A DNA stretch of 64,000 bases from Chlorokybus atmophyticus (lineage: Eukaryota > Plantae > Mesostigma and Chlorokybus algae): the NCBI GenBank assembly GCA_009103225.1, contig RHPI01003244.1:276903-340902 (forward strand), read 5' to 3'. A model generated the notes under the pieces. It saw nothing but the letters and a program-made list of their open reading frames with translations. It was not told the DNA's origin and did not search any database. The stretch's first letter is position 1, and the number at the start of each line of letters is the position of its first letter. Position numbers and translations under genes: made by a program. Shown piece by piece: positions 25,248 to 39,420 of the stretch.

Positions 25248-26555
25248 CATGTTGGCCTCTCCTTCTCCGAGTCTGGCAAGGCGATTCCCACCCTAGCCCC
25301 GCTATCCTCCTCCTTCATGTTCACACGCGTCTTCTTTGGTGGTCCCGCCCCGAGCATCACGAGCTTCGCCCCCGTGGCCTGCTCTCTCTTTACATCCGAG
25401 CAGCGCCTGTAGCATTCTCTCTCACCTGCATCTCTCCCCTCTCTATACACTAAGAACACTTGGCCTTGGCTTGGTTGAGGAGCTCACTCACTCTGGATTA
25501 CATAGCCACACGCTTGTGCCGCATGAGGATGTGAGCGGCGTGTTGCGTACTTGTCCCATGCCGTGCACACATCTCAGCCACCCAACACAGGACTTGTCAC
25601 GTCACGTGAGCGAGTCTTCTCTCCTCCGCCACATCGGCGCGTGTCCCTAAGCGCTGTGATCAACAATGTGTACGATGAGAAGGAGGAGGAGAAGAAGGGA
25701 GAGGAGGAGGAGGAGGAGGAGAAGGTTGTGGAGAAGGTGGAGCGTGGCGAGCTTTCCACGCAGGCGGGCGCGGGCCAACAACACCTGAGAGCCGCGCATA
25801 CGACGCAGAGCCAGCAACCCCTCTCTGCTCCACCTTTGGAAAGTTGTGTGTCTCTCCTCTTCCTTCAGCGTGGGGATGACCGTCGGAACCAACCTACCCT
25901 CCTCCTGTATCCCCGACAACAACTATACCCTCTCAACCACATCTTCCTACCTCGCCGTGCCCATCGACAAGACTCGCCGCTGCATGTAAGAGCCACATGC
26001 GCCCGCGCACGTAAGCCAGGTCGTTGTTGTTAGTGTTGTTGTTGTTGTTGTTGTCGTTGTCGTTGTCGTTGTCCAGAGTGTCCAGCTTCAACCTTGTGCG
26101 TGAACACCGGAACGACACAACATTCACACATTGAAGCTTTTTGCATTCGCAAAGGCGCGCTTATGATCGCGCACGTGCTCACATCTAGATGGGGAGTTGT
26201 TGTTGTTGGCTTGTCTATCAATTGTGGACATGAGTTTCTAAGCCTCGCTGCAAGTGCGTGTGCAAGTACATGTGCATGTGTGTTTGCTCATCCTTCATGT
26301 ACATGTTGGACTATGTACTGGTGCTAACACTCTGACATATCCACACCACTGACTCACCGGCTCGTTATCGGTTTTCTCTGGTGGGGTCAGTCATCCAGGC
26401 TCCACCTGACCCAGTCCTTCTTGTCCATGTTGTTGTTGTTGACGTTGTCTTGTCTTATTGCTCCCCGCCGCCAGGAATGTTTTCACCCTCCCTTGCGACG
26501 ACCACCACGAGGCCAACAAGCCGCTCGCCCTCAGCCACGCGCAACGCCAATCAAT
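25248..26555 (+). CDS. Internal exons (25248-25408, 25869-25985, 26475-26555) of a probable multi-exon gene of unknown function, possibly extending over about 24.3-29.3 kb
   Basis: Three AG/GT-bounded exons join in frame through phase-2 junctions: HVGLSF...SEQRL|VGMTVGTNLPSSCIPDNNY...KTRRCM|NVFTLPCDDHHEANKPL. No recognisable domain. Confidence 0.4.
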
Positions 26556-29120
26556 GTATGTGTATGTTGGGGGTGGGTTTAATCACTTGATTGATTGCTA
26601 AGTTTCAATTAATTCCAGTACTCTACAGCCCTTGTGATGGATGTTCTTGTTGTTGTTGTTGTTGATACTGCTGGCGTGATGGAGTCCACCCTGTTGTTGT
26701 CTGGCGTGTGCTTGCGTACGCTCTATCTCTCTGCATGCGCGTGACAGATAACAACAGCCCCGCCGTGGTTGAGCGCACCGCACTCTGTCTTTACTGTCCT
26801 CCCTCTCTTTACTTCATTATCACTCTCACTCGCTCCCTCACACCCAACAACAACAACAACAACAACTGCCCTCTGCTTCTTCGCGCTCGAGGCTCAGCGC
26901 GCGCTCCACAACACGCAACAACACCTCGTTGTGGCAAAGCGGCCACACGCAAGGCCAAGAGGGTAATGCTGTTGATGTTGATAGTGTGGATGGTGATGGT
27001 GATTAGCTGATGTGGACAGGGAGCTTCAACACGCCCGCCTCCGTGCATAAGGCCAAGTCGCCCACCTGATACAATGTGTGTGTGTGTGTGCGCGTGAGCG
27101 CGCGCTCGTGTGTTGTTGTTGGTGGTGGTGGTGGTGGTGGTGGTGGTGGTGGGTTATGACTGAGGGGTTGGAACGAATTGTACGCAGCCACACGCCAACG
27201 CAATGCTTGCGCCTAAGATGATAACAAGTGTTGGTGGGCACACACTTGTTCACGCATGCAGTGCTGACCTTGCTCATGCATGCATGCAAGCTTACTTGTG
27301 CATTATGCACACGGCGTGTGCGGCAGATGATTTCATATCCAATGTCACAAGCCGACAGCCGTCCATGCAATTGCACGATGTGCAGGAGCATGCAAGGGTC
27401 TCTCGCACTTGCACTACTGTGGGGCTGTTGTTGTTGGGAGTGTTTTCTCTTCATCTTGTCTAACACACACACGTGAGCACATGCACACACACACACACGC
27501 ACGCACGCACGCAGCTGTACGCGTGCACACGCACACCCGGGCACATGCACGCGCATGAATGTGCACACACGTGCATAAGCGCACGTACGCAAATGCACAC
27601 GCACGCAGCCTCACACACATGCCTAAACAGACACTTGTACACGCCCATGCACACGCCCACGCACACGCCCGCGCGCACGCCCGCGGCCCCACACTCACCA
27701 CTTGGTGCGGGTTTCTTCCTCATCGTTCCTCCCTTACCCTTTTCCAGCGTTGCATTGCGTTGCATGTGTCTATTGCAAGTGTCGCCGCCGCTGCCGCTGC
27801 GGCCCCGCAACGCCGCATTAACACGCGAGATAGTCCCGAGCGTCATGTAACGTCACTGCCTTCGCTGTCTGAAGTTGTTGATGATGGTGATGATGATGAT
27901 GATGACTCGTGTACTCCATGGACTTGAACGAAACCGACATTAGGGGGAGGCATTAGATCAGGAGCAAAGCTGTTGTTGTCGTTGTGGTGGTGGTGGTGGT
28001 GGTGGAGGTTGTGGAAGCGGTGGTGTCGATAGAGCGTTTGCAGTCTGCTTGCAGGTGTGTCACAAGAGAGAATCTCAACAAGGGCTCGTTCGTTGCAGCA
28101 GCGGACGGCTCGGTCACATCCATCTCTCATACGCTTTACAAAGCACAATCATATCCTCCATGTTTGTATCACCATCCACCTCCTCCATATTATCCTCCAG
28201 CACCCTCTCTCCACCTCCTTCTTTGCCTCTATCAGTCAGCACACGCATTCGCCAGACAGCCCATCGCGCTTCTCTAGCACCGCGTGGCCGTCCAGCGTGG
28301 AGCCGAGGAGGGCCTGGTCGGTCCGTTGGTGGCGATGATGATGCGGGTGTGCGTGCGCCCGTGCGTGCGTGAAAGAGACTCTCACCTCCTCCCCCACAGT
28401 GCACACGCCATCCGTTGTTACGCACGCGCAACGCTCTGGTCAGGGCTCACTCTCAACCTTACATCTCCCCGCATCCACCATCACCATCACGACGAACCCA
28501 ACACCAACTACTCTCCCCAACCCACCCCACCCCCACACTCTCACCTCCTTCCTGACTCTCATCCTCTTAACTCTGCTCCACCCCCCGATCAATCGCCCCC
28601 TTCCCCCTCGCCCTCGCGTCATCTGAGTGTCCTCCTCATCATCGTCATCATGGTCATGGTCGTGGTTGTGGTCGTGGTCGTCGTTGTGGGCATGGGCGCT
28701 GTCGATACGGGGTGGATGGGTCGGCGTTGGGGTGATTGAGTGACTGCGTGCGTGTAAACCCACAAAGCGTGCTTACGGTTGTTGTTGCTGGGGCATTCTG
28801 ACCATGCTGGCTTTCTCCAAGTACGTGTCTGCCTGTACCCGTTGCACACATATCCCCCCNNNNNNNNNNNNNNNNNNNNNNNNNNNNNNNNNNNNNNNNN
28901 NNNNNNNNNNNNNNNNNNNNNNNNCCCCCCCCCCCCCCCCCCCCCCCTCGTGCAACAAACACAACACGCGGCACCCACCCACAACCCCAACCTCCACCTG
29001 AGCATTGGTGCGGTGCTATTGCAGGTCGTCCGCGCCCTCCACGTCAACGGAACGCCATCTCCTCCTCGAGGATGTGCTTCTCCAGCACATTACTCTTGTT
29101 GTTGTGGTGGTGGTGGTCCT
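26020..29120. repeat. Microsatellite-rich low-complexity tract: (GTT)n, (GGT)n, (CA)n/(CACG)n, (GAT)n, with a gap at 28860-28924
   Basis: Directly visible simple repeats, probably intronic. Confidence 0.9.
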
Positions 29121-30364
29121 CAGCAAGAGCCACCACAACAGCTTGCCCACCCGCTCATCCGACTTGGGGATGCATGCGACACCCTCAACAACACCATGAG
29201 GGAATGTTGTTAATGCTATTGTCGCTGTCCAAGTCAATGTGTCCATCCCTTGCTCAGCATATCGTGCGATCACACATCCGTTGCGTAAATGAACACACGC
29301 ACCCAAAATGCACATGTGCGTGTGGATACACCTGTGTACGCACACGTGTATCCACACCTACATATGCATCCACGTAAATGCGTATAAGTGTTGATACGCA
29401 CGTGCATACACAGTTACACACGCCCACGCCCACGCCCATGCCTATGCCTACGCCCATGCGCACGGACGCGCATGTTGACAGGGAATGAGTACACAGTGAA
29501 CAGGCTGTATTTCTTCTTAATGTCTGTTACTGCAGCTGCTTGAAGGTTGTGGCAACTACTCACCACCTGCGGCGTTTAGAGCACGTACAAGTTTCGCCTG
29601 CTAGTGCCAGTACACGACCCGTACCATGTTCCAGGATAATTTCGCAAATGTCGCATAGGGTGGTGGGCGCACACAGCAAGGAAGAGGGTGTTACCACATG
29701 ACAACATCCGGTGAAGCGCATGGATGCTATGTTCAGACGTCAACCCTGTCACTGCCTACAACCATTGAATGATATATTCAACAAGCTGATTCTAAGACTG
29801 TCGTTTGCAACAACTAATATGTATACACATGAGCACGTGTGCGCGTATACAATTGTGACAAATGGTTGTAGCGGAGTTCGCTACGCATGATAATGGTACT
29901 GAGTATGCTATGACTAGCATAGTACATCCTGCTAAAAACTCACTGGCAACTTTAGTTGCTCCAACATTCGCTTGCGTGCCATACGTTGACTCATAAGTAC
30001 GGGTGCAATTGGTGGTGCGTGGGAGTGTGGGTATGACCAGGTTGTAGTTGACAAAATCTATGTCATACAGTCAATCTACACACATGCTTGCGCCAACAAG
30101 TTGCAGTCAGCTTTATTGCGGCAGCAGCAAGCATGCAGGCTCGTGTGCATGCACCAGTTGAGCACTCATCTTCACAGGAGGGGCCAGAATTTTAGCTGTG
30201 TGCGGACATGCACATTGATGGCGGCAGTTACAGAACACTGCACACAATTGCGGAAATAACCCTTGCTCTTGTATTCACAGGTGTAAACAAAACTTTGCGA
30301 GAAAAGTCAAGCTAGTTCAGCTATATCTACAAAACTGAATAGTCAGCGTATGAAACTAGAGACT

Positions 30365-32142
30365 TTACTGGCGCTTGGACACCTCCTTGCGGGCATCTTC
30401 CAGCTTGTTCTGCAGGTCACGGATCACATCCTCGGACTTACCAGCAGACTGCGATCGGAGCTTGTTGAGGTTGGCCTCAGCGTCTTCGAGAAGTGAGCGT
30501 GCACTGTCGGGAGCCTCCTTACGTGCCTTCTCCAGCAGATCCTCAAAGTCGTCGCGAGCAGCGCGGCTAACATCATCAAGCACATCCTGTAACAACAGCC
30601 CAATTGTTGGCAAAGTCTAACAAGGCATGCAGATTGTGAAGAATGCATGCATGACAGTGAGCAACAAGCATAGCCTACTAACCTTGGCATCCTCAACGAA
30701 ATCCTCGGCCTTGTTCTTCAAGTCCTTGCCAGCTTGCTTGATCTGGCTGCCGATGTCCTCGCCCTGGCCCTGGACGTCACGGGAGACATCCTTGGCGGTG
30801 CCCTTGGCATCGCGAGCAGCGTCAAGGGCGGAGCCTTTCAGGTCATCAGTGGCATCCTCAGCGCGGGCGCCCAGATCCTTGGCAGTGCCCTTGGCGTCGC
30901 GTGTGGCATCGCGGGCTGAATCGCTGAGATCGTCAGCGGCACTTTCAGCACGGGAGCCCAGGTCCTTAGCAGTGCCCTTGGCATCACGGGAGACATCCTT
31001 GGCAGTGCCCTTGGCGTCACGAGCAGCATCACGAGCTGAGTCGCTGAGGTCATCAGCAGCATTCTCAGCACGGGCGCCAAGGTCGCGACTGCCATCCTTA
31101 ACTTCATCAGCGGCATTCTCCACGCTGCGACGGAGCTCCTGGCCAGCTTTCTTCACACCATCGCCAATGTTCTCTGCCACACCCTTGGCCTCCTCGCCGA
31201 CGCCAGCAGCGCGGCTGCGGGTGTCCTTGGCAACATCCTTCGCCTCCTGACCAGCATCGCTGAAGGCGTCCTTCACATCCTCAACAACATCCTGAGCCTT
31301 GTTCTTGAGATCACTGCCAACGCCGTCGGCGTCCCTGCTGACCTCCTTGGCCTTGCCCTTGGCGTCACCAGCAACGTCTTCAACCTTGCTGCTCAGGTCG
31401 CTTCCCGCATCCTTGGCCTGGGACTTGGCGCTCCTGGCGTTGTCCTTCACATCATCGGCGGCATTCTCAGCCTTGCCCTGGAGGTCACGGCCAGCCCGCT
31501 TGGCACTACCCTCCACATCATCAGCGGCGTTCTCAGCCTTGCCCTGGAGGTCACGGCCAGCGCGCTTAGCACTGCCCTCCACATCGTCGGCAACATCCTC
31601 AGCCTTGCCGCGAACCTCCCGGCTAGCGCGCTTGGCATCGTCACCAACGTCCTCAGCACGGTCCTGAACCTCGTCAGCAGCGTCACCGAAGGCGTCCTTC
31701 ACATCCTCAACGACCTCCTGGATTTTCTTGCCAGCAGCATCCAGAGTCTCCTTGATAGTGTCGCCGAGATCCTTTTCATCGCGGGCAGCCCTCACTGCAC
31801 AGACAAACAACCCTGTGTTTAAACATGCTGCAATGGACACGGAGTGAAGTATGTTTCATACAACAAGCTGGTCTGCCTAGTGCTCTACAGCGTACAACCG
31901 TCCAGCGTGCCTTCCACCTCAGCATGCAACAGGCCATGCACAATGCACCACTGTCATGTCATTTCTTGCCACAACAGCCTTCAGCGTCTGTGTCTAAGCG
32001 TACCAGCGAAGCGTGCTGTGCGCAGGGGGCGTGCGTTGATGGGGGAGGGCTTGCCGACGGCGGCGGAGGCGCGGCGTGCAGGGCGGACGGAGGCTACGGG
32101 CTTTGACACCACCACAGAAGAGAACGACACAGTTGACGCCAT
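30365..32142 (-). CDS. Plastid-targeted LEA-like (group 3-type) hydrophilic repeat protein, about 490 aa, 3 exons (32142-32004, 31794-30683, 30586-30365)
   Basis: Ser/Arg/Ala/Val-rich transit peptide MASTVSFSSVVVSKPVASVRPARR...RFAVRA. A/D/K/E/G-rich helical repeats (AKRAGRDLQGKAENAADDVEGS x3; ARDAKGTAKD...). Splice phases are consistent. Confidence 0.85.
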
Positions 32143-35100
32143 GTTCACCAATAACCTCTACAAGAAGGATTGCAAGTAACGAGCAGCTAACACACTTGAA
32201 AGCTGTTGACAACCAAAACCAGCGGCCACTAAGCAATATATACAACCCCTCAAGCTGCTGCTGCTGCTGCTGCCCACTCCACTTGTTGTTGGCCACTGCA
32301 TGCAATGCGGGTCACGCACAATATCCGTCAGGAAACAGGAAATCCGAGATTTCTCACGGACATTTTCCCGGAACGCCTAGGCTAGGCGTTCCGGATAACG
32401 CAAACCACGGAGCAGAAACCTGATCCGCTTCACCCCTTGGTAAAGCTTCACGGTTACACGTTACAACCCAGTGACCCACCATGTAATGTAGCTTGCCGAC
32501 CTCGTAACTGTTTGGGGATTTTTCTCTGGCGCCACAAGCGTCGACACAGGGCATGATTGTGGAAAGGCAAGTCCAGCGTGGCTAAGCATAGGAGCTGACG
32601 TCACGTCGGAGATACCGCGGGCGCAACCACGCGGACCCTGCCGTCGATGGCGCGGATCGGACGGTATAGGATATATTGATATCCGCGCCGATCCCACATC
32701 AGCAGCGGGTCTCTGACGCCTTTGTGGATCTCACTCGACGGAGATCTCGCGGGCTTCCACGCGTCATGCTAAGATAGTGCGGCTTTGTGCAGTCGGCGAT
32801 TGCCAGTCGCCCAAAGAGACAAAGTCGACAGTTTATCGGTATGCCGCTGCGTCACCGCCGATCAATACGCAGTACTGTACTCCGCTGCCCGACGTGTTAT
32901 TTTGCTGCTGCGGCATACAGTTGGCGACCCAAACCGAAACATAAAGATATACATCAATTGTTATAACAATTGCAACTTGCTCAACTAAAGCTGCGACCGA
33001 CTGAGGCAAATCTGATAGACAATACACAAGGAAAACAGAGGGTCCCTCAATCGTCAGTACACACTCTAGCTATCAAATTTTGAGCACAAGCACAAGCATA
33101 GGCACATACCCACAATAATTGCGACGAAAAGGGCTGGCGCCAAGTGCAAGTGCGAATGCGGTGAAGCAAGCAGGTTTGCAAGGACGGGCATACCTGCAGA
33201 AGCGCACATAGAGAGGAGGGTAGAGGGTCAGGTTATGCTAAGACGACCATGACCGATAGCATGTGGGTATGCTTGTAGTTAAATGGTGAAGTAGTTTAGC
33301 GCATGCATGTTGCACACACAGCTGTTTCACATGAAGGTAAAAATCCAGTTTAAGGAGGTTTAATGTTCCAGATAGGCGCTTAACGTCAAGGTTGGGGCTT
33401 GCAAAAACGTTGCGGTAAAAAATTGGATAATAATATGCAAACCACAACTCCGATTATTAGTGATACTACTACCGGGCTTTTTTTATCGCCCTGCGTTAAT
33501 TCCCTCGTTTTCTCACTAATAACACTTAAAAAAATGCATGCTGGAGAGAACATTATCTGTCCACTATTTGTCGAGTTCGTCTTCATGTGTTCGGTATAAG
33601 CGCGACTTGTGGGATATTATAATTGTATTATGTAGCCCAAAAGCTTAACGGAAGCGCTCGTGTGTCCTTAAAAAAAGGGTAATAGCGTATACATCATTTA
33701 CCTAAGGCAACACATGTGTAGGCAAACCGGCCTAATTGGTCTTTAAAGGATCATTATTGGATTGCTAGTAGGCTTGCGTTTGCAAATTCTTAAATGTCTA
33801 CCTGTCTTTGGTCACGACGGTCGATGATCACCGACACTAATGCAGCATTTATGCACCAACACAAAAGCGGCATCGAGCTGCAGCAATGGCATTATACATG
33901 CAAGCAAACACCATTATCCGTGTTGGGCTAGGCGTCCACGAGGGCTGATCCTTCTCAACAATATTGTTGTTGGATGTTGATGGTGTGCGCGATAACGTCA
34001 TTATTAGTGTACCCGAGGCTGACGCTGTTGTAGATAGCCGTATCATACTCGGCTAAGAAGCTCACACCCGGCATAGCTAAGTTCAGAGAAAGCTATGTAG
34101 GCAGCAAGCTTGTGCACATGGATATGCATGGGAACAAGGATGGTGGTGCAGGTGTGTGTGTCTGCAATAATGGAAGAGTTGGTGCGCGTGGATGCGCACG
34201 GCAGCAAGGAGGGTGGTGCAAGTGTAAAAAGAAAGACAATGTTATGCTTTATATGCTACATGCATGTATAACAATTCGAAAAAGCTATGTACAAACAATG
34301 CGAAACGAATTTGCTCATGCATAGTAATGTGTGTGCCGGCAGCGCTTGAGGAGCTAGTACGCGTGGATGTGCATGGCAACGATGTAGCCGGTGAAATGGT
34401 GCACGAATGCCTTCCCTACCCTACCCTATACGTTATAGCAATCACAAATTCAACGCATTCATCACACATCATCAAGCACGCTTTGGAACCCACGCACACA
34501 CCAACCAGCAGGCCAGAGCAAATCAATTAGTTACCACCAGATCAACCACCTAAAGAACCAAAGGGGCTGGGCCGCCCAGCCCCCTTAATTCTTATAGTAT
34601 GTGCAGTGCTGACTCATGACGGCTGCAGTAGCCTCTAGCAGCAGTAGTACCAGCAGCCGCAAGAGGAAGAGGAGGGAGGGATTGGGAAAGAGTAGCAGAG
34701 GTGAGTTTACGAGGACGGCAAGGACGACCATCAAGGCCACGACGTGATTGCCTAGCCCCCACGAACTGCCTCCATTGGCGATTCCTCACTCATTTTACGT
34801 AACTCACAATGGCCGCAAAGCGAATACGGCTGCAGGCATTATAGCAAGGCAATCATGTAGTTTGCAAGTGGCTGCAAGTCATGTGAGGCCGAGTCATGTA
34901 AGGCAAAGTGTGACATTAAGATCTATGTCATGCATAGACACACATAGCAAGGCACACATTCACAGACAGCGGGCATCGTGATGCCTGCTCCCCGCTGGTC
35001 GTGCATGGCACACTCACATGTGCTCACCTGCGCTCATGTTTACCTCGCTACCTCAGTGTAGTTGGCGATGAGACTGTACAGTTTGCGGTAGGTGCTATCA

Positions 35101-35997
35101 AAGATGAAACCAGGCCTAGTCCACAGGACAGTGCGTGCTCACGCAAACGCGAGAGCAACCTGCGCTTGTTATAGCCCATGCCTTTTCAATTATACAACAA
35201 CCTATGCATCCCTTGCAGGGAATGGCCTCTGTATGTGCTCAACCGCATGAAACGAAAGCACAAAGACACCACCACGTTGATCTTGGGCCTTCCAGCAATG
35301 TTGAGTTAGGGTGGGGGGCTCTTACGACGGGGCTGCTAACAAATTCAGGTTCTCTGAGCTTGCTTGATATCCTGGTACACACACCCACATCAATCATCTG
35401 AAAGATGACCATCATGGATATGATATGCAGAGGGGACATGTATGCCCTGTGCCGTCATAGTCAATGATAGCATGGCGTGTGGATAGATACCACCCGCCAG
35501 AGCAGTGGTGCATGTGCAAACGCGTGCAAATCGATAACCAACAAGTCATCAACATAATGGACAATGCCAATAACATACTGCATGAATAGTGGCCCAGGCA
35601 CCAATGGCTTCAACTAACGCACCCAGTCCAATCCGAAGAAAGATAGTGGGTTGTTGGCGAGGTACACCCCCGCGTTGTTGCCATGGGCGATGCCTATGAC
35701 TTGCATGTGCAACCTATCAGCTGCGGTTCTAGCATACAAGTTGCCCATTGCGTATGTCAGCAAGACATCCAACACATCTGGTGTGACACCTTGGTTTGCC
35801 CTTTACGAATCAGCCATTACCGTAGTCCCCACCTGCATAGTTGCACAATACATTTTTTGGGGGGCAATAATACGGAAAAATACTAATTGTAGTATTCCAA
35901 GTGGGATTTGTCATACGCCTTAAATACGACTATAATACGGTTATTTAACATTATTTATTGCTTTAAAATTAATATTTATAAATTTTGCTGACCGTGT

Positions 35998-38900
35998 CTA
36001 GCAGTGTGAGGTCCGCGCCACCCTGTGCACGCACGCCGAGGCACCTGCACTTGAGCTGCCGGGGGGAAGAGGCGCTCTTGACAAGGCATCAGCATTAGCA
36101 TTGAAAAGACCTGGGCGATACTTCACGATAAAGCGGTAGCCTTGTAGCTTTTGCACCCAACGCGCAAGCCGTCCGGTGGGTTCTTTGATTGATATGAGTT
36201 GCTGCATAGCGCTGGTCAGTCTCAACCACAACATCAGCTCCATGCAAGTATGCATGCAGATTGGAGAAGCCCCAAACCACTGCCAAGCACTCTTGCTGCG
36301 TTGCAAAGTAAGTGCATTCTGTCGAGGTTAAGGAGCGGCTCGCGAACAGCAACGGGCGATAGCAATGCTCCTGAGAGTCAAATTGCAGCAAGACCACGCC
36401 AATGCCAACATCATACGCATCCGTGCGCGTGACGTATATGGCAAAAAGGTTGGGGAAACGCAAGGAAAGGGGCATGAGCCACCTTATCTTTGAGGTTGGT
36501 GAAGGACTGGTCGCACGCCGCCGTCCCTCAAAGGCGTGATCATCGCGCAGGAGCTGGCGCAAGGGGAAGGACACTGTCGCCAGATCTGGAACGATGCGGG
36601 TATAAAAGGCGCACATGCCCAAGAAGCGGCGCACCTCTTTTACGGAAGCCGAGATAGGGAATTTGAGGACGGCCTCGGTCTTGGCAGAATCAGCTTTTAG
36701 GCCTGCCTTAAACACTACAAACCCCAAGAGCTTGAGCCAATTAACGCCAAAGATGCATTTCACCTTGCGAAGGATGATGCCGGCTTCGTCGAGGCGCTCG
36801 AAGACACGGCGAAGGTGATGCGCATGCTCCTCTTCAGACCTGGAGAAGCTTAAAATGTTATGAAGATAAACAAGGCAAAACGCTTGCAGCCCCGCCAAGA
36901 CACGATTCATGAGCCTTCAAAAGGTGGCCGGGGCGTTGTTGAGGCCAAACGGCATAACTCTAAACTGGTAGAGGCGCGATGCCGTGCAAAACGCAGTCCT
37001 AATAGCTGAGTCGGGGTGGAGCTGCACCTGCCAATAGCCGCTAGTAGCGTCCATGTTGCTGAAGAACTTATAGCCGCGCAAGCGATCAAAGATGTCGATG
37101 CGGGGCAAGGGGTACCTGTCCTTAATATTGATTGCATTAAGGGGATGTAGTCAATGCATCAAAAGCGCCACGAACCGTCGGGCTTGGGCACCAGCAATGG
37201 ATCACAGGCCCACAGGCTGTTGGAAGGGTCCACCACGCCTTTCTTCAACATGTCATCGAGGCATTGAATCTCCTGCTGGTCATAGTGGGAGCGCCTGTAC
37301 TGTCTGCTGCAGATGGGTAAGGCATCATCAGTATCAATGACATGTTGCATAAGAGGTGCGCAACGGCTTGTGCACAGGGGTCTGAACGTATGTGCATATG
37401 TATCAACCACATGGTCAATCATAGTGTAGCTCAGCTGAGTGGAGAGACAGTGCATTCGCTGATTGGGACTTGTTTACCGTCTTTAAACTTAAAAACTGAG
37501 CGCTTAGGCCTGAGAGCAATGTTAATGCTGTCAAGCCAGCTCATACCCAACACAATGGAGAAGTTTTGAGTGGGCAGCTCACAAAACTCCCGACATAATA
37601 TCTTGGACCCACGTTGAAAGGTCGTGTTGCAAATTGAGCTTGGTATACAAACATTCTTTTTATCTTCAAACTGTACATGGACTATGTACAAGGCTAGTCG
37701 CTGCTCTAGCCGAAGGCGTTGGCACAAGCTAGCAGAGATTAAGCTGATAGATGCGCTTGTGTCTATCAGAAACTTCTACCAGTTGTTCAGCCAGTAGACC
37801 ACTCACTGTGAAGACTTTCGATTGTTCCCTGCATCCAACTCTTCAACTTGAGCTCCCAGATGCTGTAGGCAACACTTCTACCCCAAGTATCACAGCCCAC
37901 TCGACTACAACAGACTTGGTGCTTTTATGGTCGATTTGTTGTTATATAATGTACCTTCCCGTTACACCAAGCTTTCATTTGGTTGGAGTTTCTAGCTCCT
38001 CCTCTGCTTGTGGCATCAGCAGGGTATGATCCTTGGCTTTGTGCTTGCTCCTGCAGTCAGACGCATTATGGCCATAGCAATTGCATGAGTAGCAGCGTGG
38101 CTCGCTTTTGCCATTCAAGTCAGGAAGCCCGCGCTTGAAACCTTTTGCCCTTGTGCACCTGGCATTTCAAGACTCTCTGTTTCGGAAACAAACGGAAGGG
38201 AAGCGAATTTGGCAACTTGCATGGCTGTTTCAACACGACGAGCAGCACAAAATGCATCCTTCAACTTGCTGATGGGCAGTGCAGCAGCGCGCTTATGCAC
38301 TTCTCATTTGATGCTGGCCCAATACAACCCCAACTTAGAGTCTTTTGAGAGGGAACTGTGTGCAAATCCAATAGCTTGCTGAAAGCGCATAACAAAGACA
38401 ATGATTGACTCATCTGATTGCTGCCGAAGCTCTTGGACCTGGCGCCAATGGTGAGCTGCGTATCTTGGTCCCTCAGAGTATGCCACAAGCAATGCTGTTC
38501 TACAGAGGGCCAATGTCGCTGAATGGACAAGTGCAAGCCTTCATACCAACCAGCTGCAGTGCCTTCAAACAGTACATTTCTTTCACAGCACATGTCATCC
38601 TTTTTCCAACCGTGGTAGCGAGCATATACGTTAAAAGAGGACAGCCACAAGCGCATATCTTGACCAATGGAACCGAAGAAAGCCTTTAGCCTTACACGCC
38701 TGTCATGGCTTGACCGCGAGCAAAATTTGGTTAAAGCACCGGTTAATATGCAGGCTGAAGCACTGGTTGTAATGCTGGCTAAAGCATTGGCTGACATCAT
38801 GCTTGCTCAGGCACAGGCTGAGACACTAGCTGAGGTAAAGCTGTTTGAGAGCAGAGGGTTGTGATGGAGAGGGTGAGACAGACCCTACTACTTGAACTGG

Positions 38901-39420
38901 TTTAGAAGCATGCAAGGTAGGGGCTTGAGCAAATGAGAGTCTAGCTAGCTGCTCTGCTAGCTGTTTTTATGTCGCTTACATCCATTGCATGAAGCTTTCA
39001 ACGATAGCATACTGTCGATCGGCTTATCTGGCGGAGCAGGGGTTGCCAAGGAAGCCGGCGCCTCCACCTTCTGCAGCTGTGTTTGCTGAGTGGGAACAGA
39101 GCTGGATGGCTTGCCGCCCGCCGGCGCTGTAGCCCCCGCTTGTCTTTTGCTCTCTACTAGGCCCTTAACCTTCAGGCCTGCTCCGCGTCGACACCATCAC
39201 CGGAATCGCCGCCGAAAAGGAGTTGCCCGCCTAGAGCCTGGGTTTGAACCAAGTGACTTTGGCCCAAAGGACTGTCGTCCGACTTTTACGCCCCCTAACT
39301 TGCCGCCGCCCTCTCATGCGGTTGAAGGCGTCGCGAGCTACCCTGCAACTCCACCGGAACTGTGGCGGCTATTAGATGTATGCCGTGCTGTGCAAGGCAC
39401 ATAACAAGCCGAAAATGAAT
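35998..39420 (-). mobile_element. Ty3/gypsy LTR retrotransposon remnant (gag-PR-RT-RNase H; no integrase or LTRs found)
   Basis: gag: RLWLSSFNVYARYHGW..LFEGTAAGWY. Protease: IVLGMSWL. RT: VPKPDGSWRF, PRID...DATSGYWQV, VMPFGLNNAPATF, YLHNIL (mutated YLDD). RNase H: TDAYDVGIGVVLLQ, NANADALSR. Frameshifts and stops throughout; the right boundary is approximate. Confidence 0.9.
37888..37966 (-). mobile_element. Solo 79-bp LTR of the TRIM family at 60799-61314
   Basis: High similarity to both TRIM LTRs; T(A)...CA termini; perfect 5-bp TSD CCAAG. Confidence 0.9.
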
